A stretch of DNA of 64,000 bases from Candidatus Heimdallarchaeota archaeon (GCA_048881705.1 JBHLSH010000011.1:1-64000); one strand, 5' to 3'. Positions 44,500 through 54,867 are shown, counted from the first letter of the stretch. Numbers and translations: made by a program. The notes: generated by a model from the letters alone, not told the origin.

Positions 44500-47376
44500 T
44501 TGAAATCACCTGACGACCATGTGATTGATGGATTTTATCGTGCGTTACTCGATACAGGAGAGTTCCTCCTAAAGAATCTGTCTGGAATTAGCGATCGTGG
44601 TTCAGCCCGTAAATATATTAACCAGTTAATAATGCAGCTGGTTTTCCTTCGGATCCTCCAAGAAATCTGCCAAAAAAAAGAAAATCAGAATTTTCTCATT
44701 GCAAATTTCAAACGTAATACACGGATCAATCACTTTAACAGTTTTCTTGATCTCTTTCGTCATTGTATTTCTGTATTCCAGGGGCAGGAATCTCCCCTTC
44801 GCAAAGCATTTCAATATCCCAGTTTCCCAATCCATTTACCTTTATGGCATTTATCCGATATACCATCTATTCCGGACTTTTGCTTTTATAAAGAACGGGA
44901 ATCAGCAAATTCAAATCGAATCAATCCCATTCCCCTTTTAAATCTATTAGAATCGCTAGATTGGGATCAAATCCAAAATTATTCATTTTTTTTTGGAGCT
45001 TTATATGAGAAGATAATGACTCAAGCTGAGAAAAAAAGCTCAGGATCATATTACACTCCCCGGTTGGTAGCGGAGTTCATTTCCAATCGAACTATAGAGT
45101 CATTTCTTCTTTCAGACCTTAATTCTCGGTTTTCTAGTGACTTTCAAACGATGGAAGAGTTTTTTTCATCTGTTACCGAAGCCACTAGAATGCTTTATCT
45201 TGGCTACCTGAAAGAACTTCTTCAGAAAATTACAATCCTTGATCCTGCAATGGGTACAGGACACTTTTTAGAATGTAGTGCTCGTAAGTTATTACAATAT
45301 TATAAGAAGATCAGAGATTCTTCACGGGGAGGCCAGGAGAACCTTTATGATGCCTACTCTATACTAAGTAACATCATTCTGCCTAAAAATCTATATGGAG
45401 TAGATAATGATCCCCTAGCGGTTCAGGTCTCCAAATTTCGTATGTTCTTGTTTTTAGTATCCTTCATGAGGGATGAAAACGTTAAACCTAAAAGTTCAAA
45501 AAATATAAATCACGTTTTTAAACATTTCAAAGTTGGTGATACCCTTGCGGGCTTTATATCTCGAAATGGTAAGGTTTTTTCCAATCTAACATCTTATTTC
45601 AGTTCCCCTACTCATAATAATGAATACCCAATGAATGAGAATCTAGCTAAAGAATTTGCGCAACAATACGGTTTGGAAAGAAAAGAACTATTGAAAATCG
45701 AATTTTTTCACTGGTTTGACGCATTCCCAGATGTATTTCCTGAAGGAAATGAACCAAAAGGGTTTAATGTCATAATAGCTAATCCTCCTTATCTTGGAGA
45801 AAGTGGGAACAAAGAGTTATTCCGTACTTACGCAAAAATCTTACCAAGATATTATGAAGGAAAAATGGATCTTTGGTATTTATTTCAACACCGGATAATT
45901 GATCTACTAGCCCAAAATGGATTTGCGACGACTCTTGCCTCCAATTATTGGCTGACAGCAAGTGGAGCAAATTATCTTCGAAGTAGAATTTTCGATGAAA
46001 CCGCTATAATCGAATATATCAATTTTGCAGAGAACAAAGTTTTCAGCAATGCTCAAGGAATTCACACTAATATCATAACCATAAAACGTAGTAGAGCGAA
46101 AAACAACACAATTCAATGTATCCTCTTTGATAAAACCTATCCATCAGAAGCCAACCTTATCGCCAAGATTAAAAATCAGCTGAGGTTTAAACTTTCACAA
46201 AATAAACTGGTAATGAATCAATGGGATACCTACTTCCGCTTTCTACCCGAGCATGTTAGTAATACTGTGCAGGAAATAATTAAAACCTCCAAACCACTTA
46301 AACAACATGGTTTTTACGTGAAAGAAGGGATTGTTACAGGACTAAACAAGATTTCAAAAAATCAAATTAGGAACTATAACTTTCCTGAAAGCTGGTATGG
46401 TATGGGGGTTTTTATCCTTGATCAAACAGCTCAAACAGATACTGAAACCATGGAATCCTTTATAGTCGAAGAACTAGGATTTCTAAAACCCTTTTACAAG
46501 AACTCGGACATTTTCAAGTTTTCAACCCGAATAGGCACAAAAAGGCGAATTCTATATTTAACGAGGAAAACAAGAAACCTCGAAGAGTTACCTAACATCA
46601 ATAGACATCTGAGGAGATTTAGTAAAGCGCTAGAGGCCTCATTAGACAACCCTCCATATCTAAACCGTCCTCGTGAAGAGGAGATCTTTTCCAGCCCAAA
46701 GATCGTTACGCCCCAGCGAACACCGGCTCTAAGATTTGCCTATAATTCATTTGAATGGTATGGTGCACAAGATATCTACTTCATTCGATCTTTAGGGCCT
46801 AATGACCGAGAAAGACTAAAAGGACTTCTTCTTCTTTTAAATTCCAAACTAGCTCATTTCTGGTTCTATTGGATGGGGAAACGGAAAGGAAAGCTGTTGG
46901 AAATGTTCGGTGATCCATTAGGATATTTCCCAATTCCAGCTAAAACTAAATTTGGCTTTTTAGCAATAATATCAGAGTATTTGCTTTTTTTAAGTTCTAT
47001 TGAGCTAGAAGGCAAAGTTAAACGACAGGTAAGCAGTTTTTTTCAACAAATTGCAGATTTAATTGTCATAGAGTTATATTTGCATCCGTATAACTCAGAG
47101 TTATCAACGTATTTAGCTAAAAGTCTCAAGCAAATTGACTATGAGCGGTGGGAATCCCTCCATTATGAGGTTCAGCTGTCTCTGGACGACACGGGGAAAA
47201 TTCCCGATGAATATAGTCAAGCCAAGAGTAAATATTTTCGAATAATCCTAGACGTCTATTCGTCTATTCAAGAAGATAGGGTTTTTCGCCGATTGTTAAA
47301 TGAAGTCAAGAATAATATGCATCTTCTAAAACTTCCCAGACACCCCATCCCCCTAGATGACTTCAGTCTTGATTAG
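44500..47376 (+). CDS. Eco57I/Type IIG-like N6-adenine DNA methyltransferase with C-terminal target-recognition domain; no evident endonuclease domain
   Basis: SGSYYTP, ILDPAMGTGHF (motif I), LYGVD, GDTL, FHW..FP, IIANPPY (motif IV), DLWYLF, PKIV; N-terminus begins at the helical FY..L...LVFL region. Confidence 0.9.
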   Translation: MKSPDDHVIDGFYRALLDTGEFLLKNLSGISDRGSARKYINQLIMQLVFLRILQEICQKKENQNFLIANFKRNTRINHFNSFLDLFRHCISVFQGQESPLRKAFQYPSFPIHLPLWHLSDIPSIPDFCFYKERESANSNRINPIPLLNLLESLDWDQIQNYSFFFGALYEKIMTQAEKKSSGSYYTPRLVAEFISNRTIESFLLSDLNSRFSSDFQTMEEFFSSVTEATRMLYLGYLKELLQKITILDPAMGTGHFLECSARKLLQYYKKIRDSSRGGQENLYDAYSILSNIILPKNLYGVDNDPLAVQVSKFRMFLFLVSFMRDENVKPKSSKNINHVFKHFKVGDTLAGFISRNGKVFSNLTSYFSSPTHNNEYPMNENLAKEFAQQYGLERKELLKIEFFHWFDAFPDVFPEGNEPKGFNVIIANPPYLGESGNKELFRTYAKILPRYYEGKMDLWYLFQHRIIDLLAQNGFATTLASNYWLTASGANYLRSRIFDETAIIEYINFAENKVFSNAQGIHTNIITIKRSRAKNNTIQCILFDKTYPSEANLIAKIKNQLRFKLSQNKLVMNQWDTYFRFLPEHVSNTVQEIIKTSKPLKQHGFYVKEGIVTGLNKISKNQIRNYNFPESWYGMGVFILDQTAQTDTETMESFIVEELGFLKPFYKNSDIFKFSTRIGTKRRILYLTRKTRNLEELPNINRHLRRFSKALEASLDNPPYLNRPREEEIFSSPKIVTPQRTPALRFAYNSFEWYGAQDIYFIRSLGPNDRERLKGLLLLLNSKLAHFWFYWMGKRKGKLLEMFGDPLGYFPIPAKTKFGFLAIISEYLLFLSSIELEGKVKRQVSSFFQQIADLIVIELYLHPYNSELSTYLAKSLKQIDYERWESLHYEVQLSLDDTGKIPDEYSQAKSKYFRIILDVYSSIQEDRVFRRLLNEVKNNMHLLKLPRHPIPLDDFSLD

Positions 47377-47460
47377 AATACCAACTGGTTTATAACACTG
47401 ATTCTGAGGAGTATTCCTCTATACATGGGCTATTCCCGCAGACTTCACAAATGTTAGTCC

Positions 47461-47793
47461 CTAGATTTCCGGTCCAGGACCATAACGTTCCTGCTTCACT
47501 ATTGTAATCACAAACGCCGTACTTATGGTTGCGAAGGATCGATTAAACCGAATCATTTGTAATTGGGATATGTTGGTTCCCATACCATTTACCAATCCTT
47601 CTAGGGGCTTGAACGTGGTATGCGCATTTGCTGGTGTAATTTGCACATCTGACTTTTTCATTTCCTCGAATTGAAAATGATTGGTAGCAATCATAGATTC
47701 ATCATGGACAAAAGAGGTTTTTACGGGTTCCCGAACCGCTTCCTCGCGAGCTCTGGTTCCACTACAGTCTGTACTGCAGGAATCATAACCCAC
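47461..47793 (-). CDS. Possible small hypothetical protein
   Basis: 110-codon open frame filling most of an otherwise empty gap; GTG start with no SD; no motif recognised. Confidence 0.25.
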   Translation of the reverse strand: MGYDSCSTDCSGTRAREEAVREPVKTSFVHDESMIATNHFQFEEMKKSDVQITPANAHTTFKPLEGLVNGMGTNISQLQMIRFNRSFATISTAFVITIVKQERYGPGPEI

Positions 47794-47829
47794 TAATTAT
47801 TGGCATTCAGATATCAACAGTCGAAACCA

Positions 47830-49563
47830 ATGATGAAAAAGGATCGGGGTCTTTACCTAATTTGTTTATTTCTCATTCTTACAACTAATTCCTCCTACAA
47901 TCAAATCCTAGGGTACCAAACACAATATAAATTCTCATTAGAAAATGTAACAACCAGTAGAGATTGGGAATCTCTTTCCTTAATTCATTCAGATAAATAT
48001 CACACACCAGAAGAGTTAATTCAGGAATTAGAAAACATTAATACCACTGCTCCTGGAATTATTGACCTGTTTTCAATTGGAAATAGTATTGAAGGAAGAG
48101 AAATCCTCTGTGTCCGAATCACAAATGAAAACAATACTAGTCGGAAACCAGGGACATTAATCATTGCTCAACACCATGCCCGAGAACAGATTACTGTTGA
48201 AATGGCTCTCCGATTCATTATCCATCTAGCCAATGGGTACGGAATGGTTGATGCCATTTCTGACCTGATAGATACACAGCAAATCTTTGTTATTCCCACT
48301 CTCAACCCTGATGGTCTTCATTACGTACTTGGAAATAAAACATTTCCTGGAAATCCTTGGTTACGAAAGAACGCTCGTAAAATTGATGATGATGGAGATG
48401 GATTCTTTGATGAGGATTCCCCCGATGATTTGAACAAGGATGGGCTAATTTCAAAATATGAAATGTACGTTAAATCAGGTAATGCTTGGAAATATGCTCA
48501 AACGTATTGGGAAGGAAATGATACGGACAATGATGGAAAAACCAATGAAGACCCATTTGGAGGGGTAGACCTAAATCGCAACTATCCTTACCGTTGGAAT
48601 GATTCCACATTAGATTCGGGCTGGGGAAGTGACTCAACGTTAATGGATTATCCTGGAACTGTTCCATTCTCAGAACCTGAGACTGCAGCTCTTAAGAAAT
48701 TTCTTGAGGAAAGATCTTTTGCAACAGCAATGTCATTACATTCTGGAACAAACCAGACATATTTTCCTTGGGCTTCTACAGGAGTTTGGATAAATCATGG
48801 CCTCTATACATCCATTTATACGGATCTTCGGGGCTCTTTGCCTTCTAACTTCTTCTCCTACATCAATGATGGATACAGCGTTGGTTATACCATCGCAGGA
48901 GACTGGGCCGATTGGATGTATAGCGAAAAGACATGTCTCGTTCCAATGACCTTCGAGATCTATCACAACAAATCTGTAGATTCCCTAGAGAAAATCGTTG
49001 AACAGACTGATTATCACGTTGTATATCGGTTTGAGGAAATCTTCGGGTATTTTAATCCTATCGAAGCCTACATTGCCTCCCTTTGGGAAGATCTCAGATC
49101 TTCGTTTGAATATTGGTTGACCCTAACCCCTAGATTGCGACTTACAGGATATTCTGCGATCGGAGGGAATTTAACTGGCGAATCACTGAGAATAAGTTTG
49201 ACCATCAGGAACCTAAGTCCTCGCATCTCTACCATTGAACGGTTATCTATTGTTGATGAAGATTATGATAAAGTGAAGGGCTTTATGGGATCAGATATTA
49301 ATTTTGCTGCTTTAGATGGCTTTAGTACACAAGAACTTACCTTTCAGATTCTTTTGAAGGAAGACCTCCCCCCCGACCGAAATCTTACATTTAGGATTGG
49401 AAACAGGTTTGTAGGATACTCGACATTCATCGTCTTGGGAGAGAAAGTGATCATCTCTACGTCGACGAGCTTCGGTGATATTTGGGCTTGCATCCTTCTT
49501 CCAATTGCGATTTTGATAAAACGCAAACTCCGACCGAAAGAACTCAGAAATTCGAACTCGTAA
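47830..49563 (+). CDS. M14 zinc carboxypeptidase, secreted and C-terminally anchored
   Basis: AQHHAREQIT (HxxE), LNPDG, WLRKN, GVDLNRNY, PFSEPET, SLHSG, TFEIY; signal peptide; C-terminal hydrophobic stretch with basic tail. Confidence 0.93.
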   Translation: MMKKDRGLYLICLFLILTTNSSYNQILGYQTQYKFSLENVTTSRDWESLSLIHSDKYHTPEELIQELENINTTAPGIIDLFSIGNSIEGREILCVRITNENNTSRKPGTLIIAQHHAREQITVEMALRFIIHLANGYGMVDAISDLIDTQQIFVIPTLNPDGLHYVLGNKTFPGNPWLRKNARKIDDDGDGFFDEDSPDDLNKDGLISKYEMYVKSGNAWKYAQTYWEGNDTDNDGKTNEDPFGGVDLNRNYPYRWNDSTLDSGWGSDSTLMDYPGTVPFSEPETAALKKFLEERSFATAMSLHSGTNQTYFPWASTGVWINHGLYTSIYTDLRGSLPSNFFSYINDGYSVGYTIAGDWADWMYSEKTCLVPMTFEIYHNKSVDSLEKIVEQTDYHVVYRFEEIFGYFNPIEAYIASLWEDLRSSFEYWLTLTPRLRLTGYSAIGGNLTGESLRISLTIRNLSPRISTIERLSIVDEDYDKVKGFMGSDINFAALDGFSTQELTFQILLKEDLPPDRNLTFRIGNRFVGYSTFIVLGEKVIISTSTSFGDIWACILLPIAILIKRKLRPKELRNSNS

Positions 49564-50299
49564 TCTCTTCAATAACAAGAGGAAGAAAAACGCCTGACTT
49601 GGCGTCAATACGTACATCTGCAACCTCGTCCAAGGCAGTTTTTCCCTCATTAAGGATAATAAGTTGACTTCCAAGTTGTTTTGCCATTACTGGGAAATTA
49701 GCCGCTGGAAAAACACTGAGGGAGGAACCGATTACAAACATTACATCACAGCGTCGAGACTGTTCTTCCGATTCTTGCATTTCCCGCTCAGGCATTGGAT
49801 CATTAAAATTCACAACCGAAGAAATCAAGCGTCCTTTACATCTCGGGCATGGGGGTTGTCCGCTTCTTGTTTTCTCCGTTCGATACCCTTTTCCATGTTT
49901 CTCGTCTTCCCAGCCCATCTCATTTTTTGAAAAGCGACTATCACATTCAAGACAATTAAGAAGAGTGTAATTGCCATGCAATTCCGTGATTTTTTCTTTT
50001 GGTATCCCCGATTTAAGGTGTAAATTATCTACGTTTTGAGAGATAACAAATTTTAAGATTCCAATTTGGTAAAGCTTAACTAGAGCCAAATGTCCTGGAT
50101 TTGGTTCCGTTAATTCCATGGGTTGTTTGGATTTAGGCGGGGGTAAACCTAGGTCTCGACGAGTCCAGACACCATCAGGCCCTCTATAATCAGGGAGCCC
50201 AGACTCTGTAGAAATCCCCGCTCCAGTAAAAGCCACCAAATATTTGGAATTTTTGATGATATCCGCGACTGCTTTTACGTCTTCGGGAGTGAATGGCAT
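49544..50299 (-). CDS. cobB: Sir2/CobB NAD-dependent protein deacylase
   Basis: FTGAGISTESGLPDYRG, ISQNVDNLH, ELHGN, CLEC...CPRC, IGSSLSVFPA. Confidence 0.96.
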   Translation of the reverse strand: MPFTPEDVKAVADIIKNSKYLVAFTGAGISTESGLPDYRGPDGVWTRRDLGLPPPKSKQPMELTEPNPGHLALVKLYQIGILKFVISQNVDNLHLKSGIPKEKITELHGNYTLLNCLECDSRFSKNEMGWEDEKHGKGYRTEKTRSGQPPCPRCKGRLISSVVNFNDPMPEREMQESEEQSRRCDVMFVIGSSLSVFPAANFPVMAKQLGSQLIILNEGKTALDEVADVRIDAKSGVFLPLVIEEITSSNF

Positions 50300-50319
50300 T
50301 CCAAACCATCTGTTAGGTT

Positions 50320-51963
50320 CTAACTCGCCTCTGCAACTTTTATATTAAAGAGTTTACGCAAATAGTGGATCGGTAAACCCCCATTTTGGAGGATGGTGTT
50401 ATGAAAGAACTTATCAGAGTAGCGATTCCCCATTTTCTCCTTGATTTCATCTCGTAGCTCCAAAAGCATGAATTTTCCCAACAAATAGGAAAACTGATAT
50501 CCAGGATTGGCGGTGTATCGTCTTAATTCAGCAACCACGCCTGTCTCCGCCATGCCTATCTCCTCCATCATCATCTTTTTGGCTTCTTCAAAGGTCATCT
50601 GTCCCGTAGATAGCTTAATGTCAACGATAATACGGACAGCTCGCCATAGCTGGTCTACTAGTTGTACAAAGATCTCTCGTTTGTCTAGAAATCCCTTTTC
50701 TGCCATCAATTGCTCGCAATAATGAGCCCATCCCTCAACAGTTTCGATTCCATTGACAATACTCCGAACTAGACTTGGTTGGAGATTTCCTGACGTCAGT
50801 TGGAGATGATGACCCGGATATCCTTCATGCACAGCAGTATTTCTGCATGAAGCGTAACTATGTTCTTTTAGCATCTCATCGTTACCCTCAGATGGAGTTA
50901 CAATATAAACCCCAATTTGGTCCTTTGCAAACTTTTCTGGGCTCAAATAGGCGGCAAAGGGGATTATTGGGACTAAAAAGGCGGGTGTAGGTATTACCTG
51001 AAGCGTCTCTCCCTCAGGAACGTCCATAAGATCGTGGTCAATGACAAAAGACCGCGATTCTTTGGTTAATTCAGCTACATGCTCAAGTACCATCTCGAAT
51101 GAAGGGGGGTGATCTTCCTTGATAATTTCCCTTACTTCTTCAACCGCCTTTCCGGGGTAGAGTTCATTGGCCAATTCTTTGAGTTGGATTTTGGTGTCTT
51201 TCAAGGCCTTTTCTCCGACTTGGAGGATTTCTTCGGGTGTCTTTCCAATCTTTCTCAACGCAACCAAACGGGCAAATTTCTGAGGCCCGATTACCCAATC
51301 ATGAGTAGCCCGAGGCAGAATTTCGGCTTGTATCCAGTCAGCATAGGTCTCTATAGCTTTACTTGCTCCAGAGATCGCCTCAACTAATTCCTGATGTACT
51401 TCGGTGCGTAATTGAGGTTTTAATGTCTGTTGTATTAATTGAAGAAAACCAATCGTTCTTGGGCCCTCCTCCATCGCAATCTCAGTCCAGAGTTTTACCG
51501 GAAAAAGCCATAATGATTTCGAATCTTCTAAATAACGTGGAGTGGCTTTCAACCGAGAGATCATGGCCTTTACCCTGGTTTCAACGGGAGCGTAGTCTCG
51601 TACATAAAGCAGATATAAGGCACTACCTATCTCTCCAATTGGTCCTTGAGCTGTTGCTCCAGCAGTCCAAGCAGCAAGTTCTGTCATTTCGAAGAACTCT
51701 AGATCTATAAAATATTCAATCAAATCGTAATCAAGCTTACTGTTATCTGATAATTCTGCATAGTTTATGGTTTCGAGTTTCTTCCTAGTTTTAATAGATT
51801 CTAAGATATCAGTTCTTCTTGCCTCTAATGTACTATCTGGTAGCAGATGATCGTATTTATCGTGTTTATAACCCATATACGTGGCATAAGTGGGAAATCG
51901 TTCCATATATTGTTCGAATAATTCCTGAAATAACGCTTCCAGCTTCTTGTCTTCGTCACTCAT
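50320..51963 (-). CDS. DUF885 family protein (metallopeptidase-like)
   Basis: AVHEGYPGHHLQ, EGWAHYCE, LWRAVRIIVD, E..RY...PGY..SY..GK, FH...L..G..P. Confidence 0.93.
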   Translation of the reverse strand: MSDEDKKLEALFQELFEQYMERFPTYATYMGYKHDKYDHLLPDSTLEARRTDILESIKTRKKLETINYAELSDNSKLDYDLIEYFIDLEFFEMTELAAWTAGATAQGPIGEIGSALYLLYVRDYAPVETRVKAMISRLKATPRYLEDSKSLWLFPVKLWTEIAMEEGPRTIGFLQLIQQTLKPQLRTEVHQELVEAISGASKAIETYADWIQAEILPRATHDWVIGPQKFARLVALRKIGKTPEEILQVGEKALKDTKIQLKELANELYPGKAVEEVREIIKEDHPPSFEMVLEHVAELTKESRSFVIDHDLMDVPEGETLQVIPTPAFLVPIIPFAAYLSPEKFAKDQIGVYIVTPSEGNDEMLKEHSYASCRNTAVHEGYPGHHLQLTSGNLQPSLVRSIVNGIETVEGWAHYCEQLMAEKGFLDKREIFVQLVDQLWRAVRIIVDIKLSTGQMTFEEAKKMMMEEIGMAETGVVAELRRYTANPGYQFSYLLGKFMLLELRDEIKEKMGNRYSDKFFHNTILQNGGLPIHYLRKLFNIKVAEAS

Positions 51964-52087
51964 AATTTTTCAAATCCGCTAGAATTTCACAGAGAAGGAT
52001 ACTTGGATAGAAAGATCCCCAAATCGGACACCTGAAAAGCTTTTTTACACGGGCAATCATTCTTAGGTTCCAAAGGATTCGGTTAAA

Positions 52088-52951
52088 ATGGAATCTCAAC
52101 AGGGGTTATTGCCAGAATTACTTAAGATTCAACAAATCGTAATGGAGGATCCAAATAACCTTCCAAAGGGTAAGACAAAACGATTTTGGTGGATCGTAGG
52201 TAGGATTAAACGTCAATCCGCACCTGATCCACAACTTGTTAAAGTAGCTGCGGACATCCGGGATCGCTTGTACCTTGCACGACTTGGCCCCACGAAACCA
52301 ATACGGATTGTATTACCTCTCTGGACAGGTTTTGGTTTAGGGATCATCGGAATAGTCCTAATGTTTTCGATTCCTGATCTGGTATTACTTGCGGCGATAA
52401 TATCTGTATTTTTCACAGTATTCTTTTCCTTAGGATTTATTTGGATAATAGGTCTAAGCAGAAGGATAGCATCACTCTTATTGGTTGCTCTGGTCGGAGG
52501 TACTATCATTATTGATGTGATTTTAGGGTTGATCTCCCTTGAATTACTAGTTTTTGCCAATCAATTCTTGTTATTTGCTGTAATTCCTTGCTTCTATTTG
52601 CATGGACGCTATATAGGCGGGCTTATTGCAAGAATAAGGTTTGACGGAGTCAGTCGTGACGTTTTTCATCTCCCAACATTAAAAATCAATTATGAAAGTT
52701 ATTTATTGGCGTCTCCTCCCTCACGTCAGTGGATCTTCCTATTTGGTGGTCTGGGAACAGTAGTAACATCGTTTTTGGTGGCAGTTGTACAACTCTTGGT
52801 ATTTGGCGTCCCCTACCTCATTATCGTGCCGATTATGCTACTGGTTGGGGAGATCCTTGATTATCTGAACCTTGCTGGAAGCTTAGGTGGTGGGGAATTT
52901 AGCCACCTTCGTCGAGAAAGAAGGATAATTAAAGATTGGAAGGCCAAATAA
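52088..52951 (+). CDS. Hypothetical membrane protein
   Basis: 287 aa, five to six TM segments; conserved-looking KINYESYL..P..R and C-terminal GGEFSHLRRE. Confidence 0.7.
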   Translation: MESQQGLLPELLKIQQIVMEDPNNLPKGKTKRFWWIVGRIKRQSAPDPQLVKVAADIRDRLYLARLGPTKPIRIVLPLWTGFGLGIIGIVLMFSIPDLVLLAAIISVFFTVFFSLGFIWIIGLSRRIASLLLVALVGGTIIIDVILGLISLELLVFANQFLLFAVIPCFYLHGRYIGGLIARIRFDGVSRDVFHLPTLKINYESYLLASPPSRQWIFLFGGLGTVVTSFLVAVVQLLVFGVPYLIIVPIMLLVGEILDYLNLAGSLGGGEFSHLRRERRIIKDWKAK

Positions 52952-52966
52952 ATACCGTAACTTCAG

Positions 52967-53869
52967 TTATGGAGGGAACCCGTACACCTGCCTTGGAGCA
53001 AGATATTTGGGAAAACGATCCAGAAGTTGTTTACGAACTGAATAACAGTAGTGACATTCATCAACATATGACGCATCACCATTTATCCCGTAGGTTTTCG
53101 CAAGCTCATGCGGCCCCCCCTTAAGTAGCGGGCCAGCGATTGGGTGTGTATTAGCATCATATGACAGTATAAGCTCTGAGAGTGGGATATCCCACATGTT
53201 TCCAAGACTCAAGCCTTGGCAGAGATGAACATGCCCAAATGGATCCACATGGACTCGACCAGGATTTTCCAAATCCTCGTAGGGGCATTCCGGAAGTAGA
53301 TCAGATGCCGGCCTTTTCGGAAGCCCTTCGACCAATTTTTCTACCGCACGACCTCTAAAACGAGCATTTCCTCCGATAATAGGAGCTCCTTTCTCTTGAT
53401 TTTCACTAGTTTCAATAACTGGGGGATCAATGCATATACTGCCACAAGGAATGCCCAACTGCCTTAATGCTGATACTGCGTTCTTTGCGGTATTATTCAC
53501 AACCTCACCATAATGAAAAGTATCATCTGAGATGCTTACATCAACAATATTTCGATTTACTAAGGGGCTAAGCCATAAAACAGCATCGTCAACCGTAGTA
53601 GCCCAATATCCATTGGAAACAATCCCTATGTTGAATCCGAGTTCGTCCGCCCTACGAATTCCTTCCATAAGCAGAGGATAGAAAAGAAACGGTTCCCCTC
53701 CCTCAAAAAAGATGGTTTTCGCCTGTTCTAGCTTTGCAAGTTCATCAAGAAGTATCATTAATTGCTTGAGATTAAATGTTCCTTCAGCATCCGGGCTACA
53801 ATAAAGAAAGCAGTGATCGCACTCGAATGTGCATTTGAGTGTCAATAAAATATGGCATCCAGACACCAA
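52967..53869 (-). CDS. Radical SAM protein with a C-terminal Cys-containing (SPASM/twitch-like) region
   Basis: CTFECDHC (CxxxCxxC), FEGGEPFL, SNGYW, SISDD, CPYE...HVDPFGHVHLCQG, ECHYC. Start set to TTG 53869 after GAGGT, which removes the overlap with the NTPase. Confidence 0.92.
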   Translation of the reverse strand: MVSGCHILLTLKCTFECDHCFLYCSPDAEGTFNLKQLMILLDELAKLEQAKTIFFEGGEPFLFYPLLMEGIRRADELGFNIGIVSNGYWATTVDDAVLWLSPLVNRNIVDVSISDDTFHYGEVVNNTAKNAVSALRQLGIPCGSICIDPPVIETSENQEKGAPIIGGNARFRGRAVEKLVEGLPKRPASDLLPECPYEDLENPGRVHVDPFGHVHLCQGLSLGNMWDIPLSELILSYDANTHPIAGPLLKGGPHELAKTYGINGDASYVDECHYCYSVRKQLLDRFPKYLAPRQVYGFPP

Positions 53870-53938
53870 GGGTGAAACCTCTCTGGATTTTGGTGCGAGA
53901 AGAGCAAAGCGGAATTTCTTATCTGTGTTGGCGTAACT

Positions 53939-54514
53939 ATGGTGAAGAAATTGATGGAACATTCAGAGAGCCACGTTTCTCCTCGACATCTTTTAATCAC
54001 AGGGAAACCTGGATGTGGCAAAACTACATTAATCCAAAAGGTAGTACATCACTTTCCATCATATAAGATAACTGGATTTTGGACAAATGAGGTAAAAGCA
54101 GCTGGTCAGCGTATTGGATTTGATCTTGTTATAATAGACGGAGAATCTGGGGTTTTAGCACGGGTAGATAAAAAATCATTACAGGACCCACTGTTCAAAG
54201 TCGGAAAATACTACGTATCGATTATAGATTTGGAAACATTGGCTGTACCATGTCTTTATTTAACAAGTGATCTGTTGGTGGTAGATGAGATTGGAAAAAT
54301 GGAGGTCTACGCTTCAAAATTTCGCCAGGCCTTATTACACTCATTGGATAATCATCCATGCATTTTGGCCACTATAGGTCGTCAATCTCTACCGTTCTTG
54401 GAATTGGTTAAGGCCCGTGAGGACACTTTGCTGTGGGAGTTAACTAAATCTAATCGAGATGCTGTATTTGAAAAAACACTGGATTTCTTGAAAGAGAGAG
54501 GACTTCGTCTTTAA
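53939..54514 (+). CDS. NTPase_1/THEP1-type P-loop NTPase
   Basis: ITGKPGCGKTT, GFWTNEV, RIGFDLV, VGKYYV, LLVVDEIGKME. Confidence 0.95.
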   Translation: MVKKLMEHSESHVSPRHLLITGKPGCGKTTLIQKVVHHFPSYKITGFWTNEVKAAGQRIGFDLVIIDGESGVLARVDKKSLQDPLFKVGKYYVSIIDLETLAVPCLYLTSDLLVVDEIGKMEVYASKFRQALLHSLDNHPCILATIGRQSLPFLELVKAREDTLLWELTKSNRDAVFEKTLDFLKERGLRL

Positions 54515-54567
54515 CAGATGGGGACAATCGTACGATTAAAAATGGGATCCATGCCCCTGGGTTCTGG

Positions 54568-54867
54568 GTGCCGCTTCTAAAAAGTTTATATACATTCTGT
54601 CCAAATATTTTACATGGTGTCATAATACACCAAAAACTGATAAAAAAAGATGAAATGGTGAATAAACAGATGATAGATCTAAATCTCTTTGAAATAGTGT
54701 TATTAGGGTTTACAGGGTTGACTTTCTTTTCTACAATAGTGTGTGGGCTCTGGTTAGGATTTTCTGGCGAACAAGTGGATCTAGGCGCCAAGATTTTTCA
54801 CATAGGAAGTGCCGTTCTTACCCTTGTTTCTACAGCCCTTCTCGTTTTTCTACTTTTAAACCGATAA
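54568..54867 (+). CDS. Small two-TM membrane protein (real start probably ATG ~54652 or ~54669)
   Basis: TM1 FEIVLLGFTGLTFFSTIVCGLWL; TM2 IFHIGSAVLTLVSTALLVFLL. Confidence 0.6.
   Translation: MPLLKSLYTFCPNILHGVIIHQKLIKKDEMVNKQMIDLNLFEIVLLGFTGLTFFSTIVCGLWLGFSGEQVDLGAKIFHIGSAVLTLVSTALLVFLLLNR

Noticed and set aside
44500-47376. Methyltransferase as BREX PglX or part of a DISARM system
   Set aside because: No PglZ, BrxC, BrxL or helicase genes are adjacent.
52088-52951. Membrane protein as an M50 site-2 protease
   Set aside because: The expected HExxH is absent (LHGRY) and no NPDG-type motif is present.
52967-53869. Radical SAM protein as QueE partnering the DpdA-like gene
   Set aside because: It lacks the QueE-type R..GC.L.C.WCDT context, and no QueC, QueD or FolE genes are in the window.
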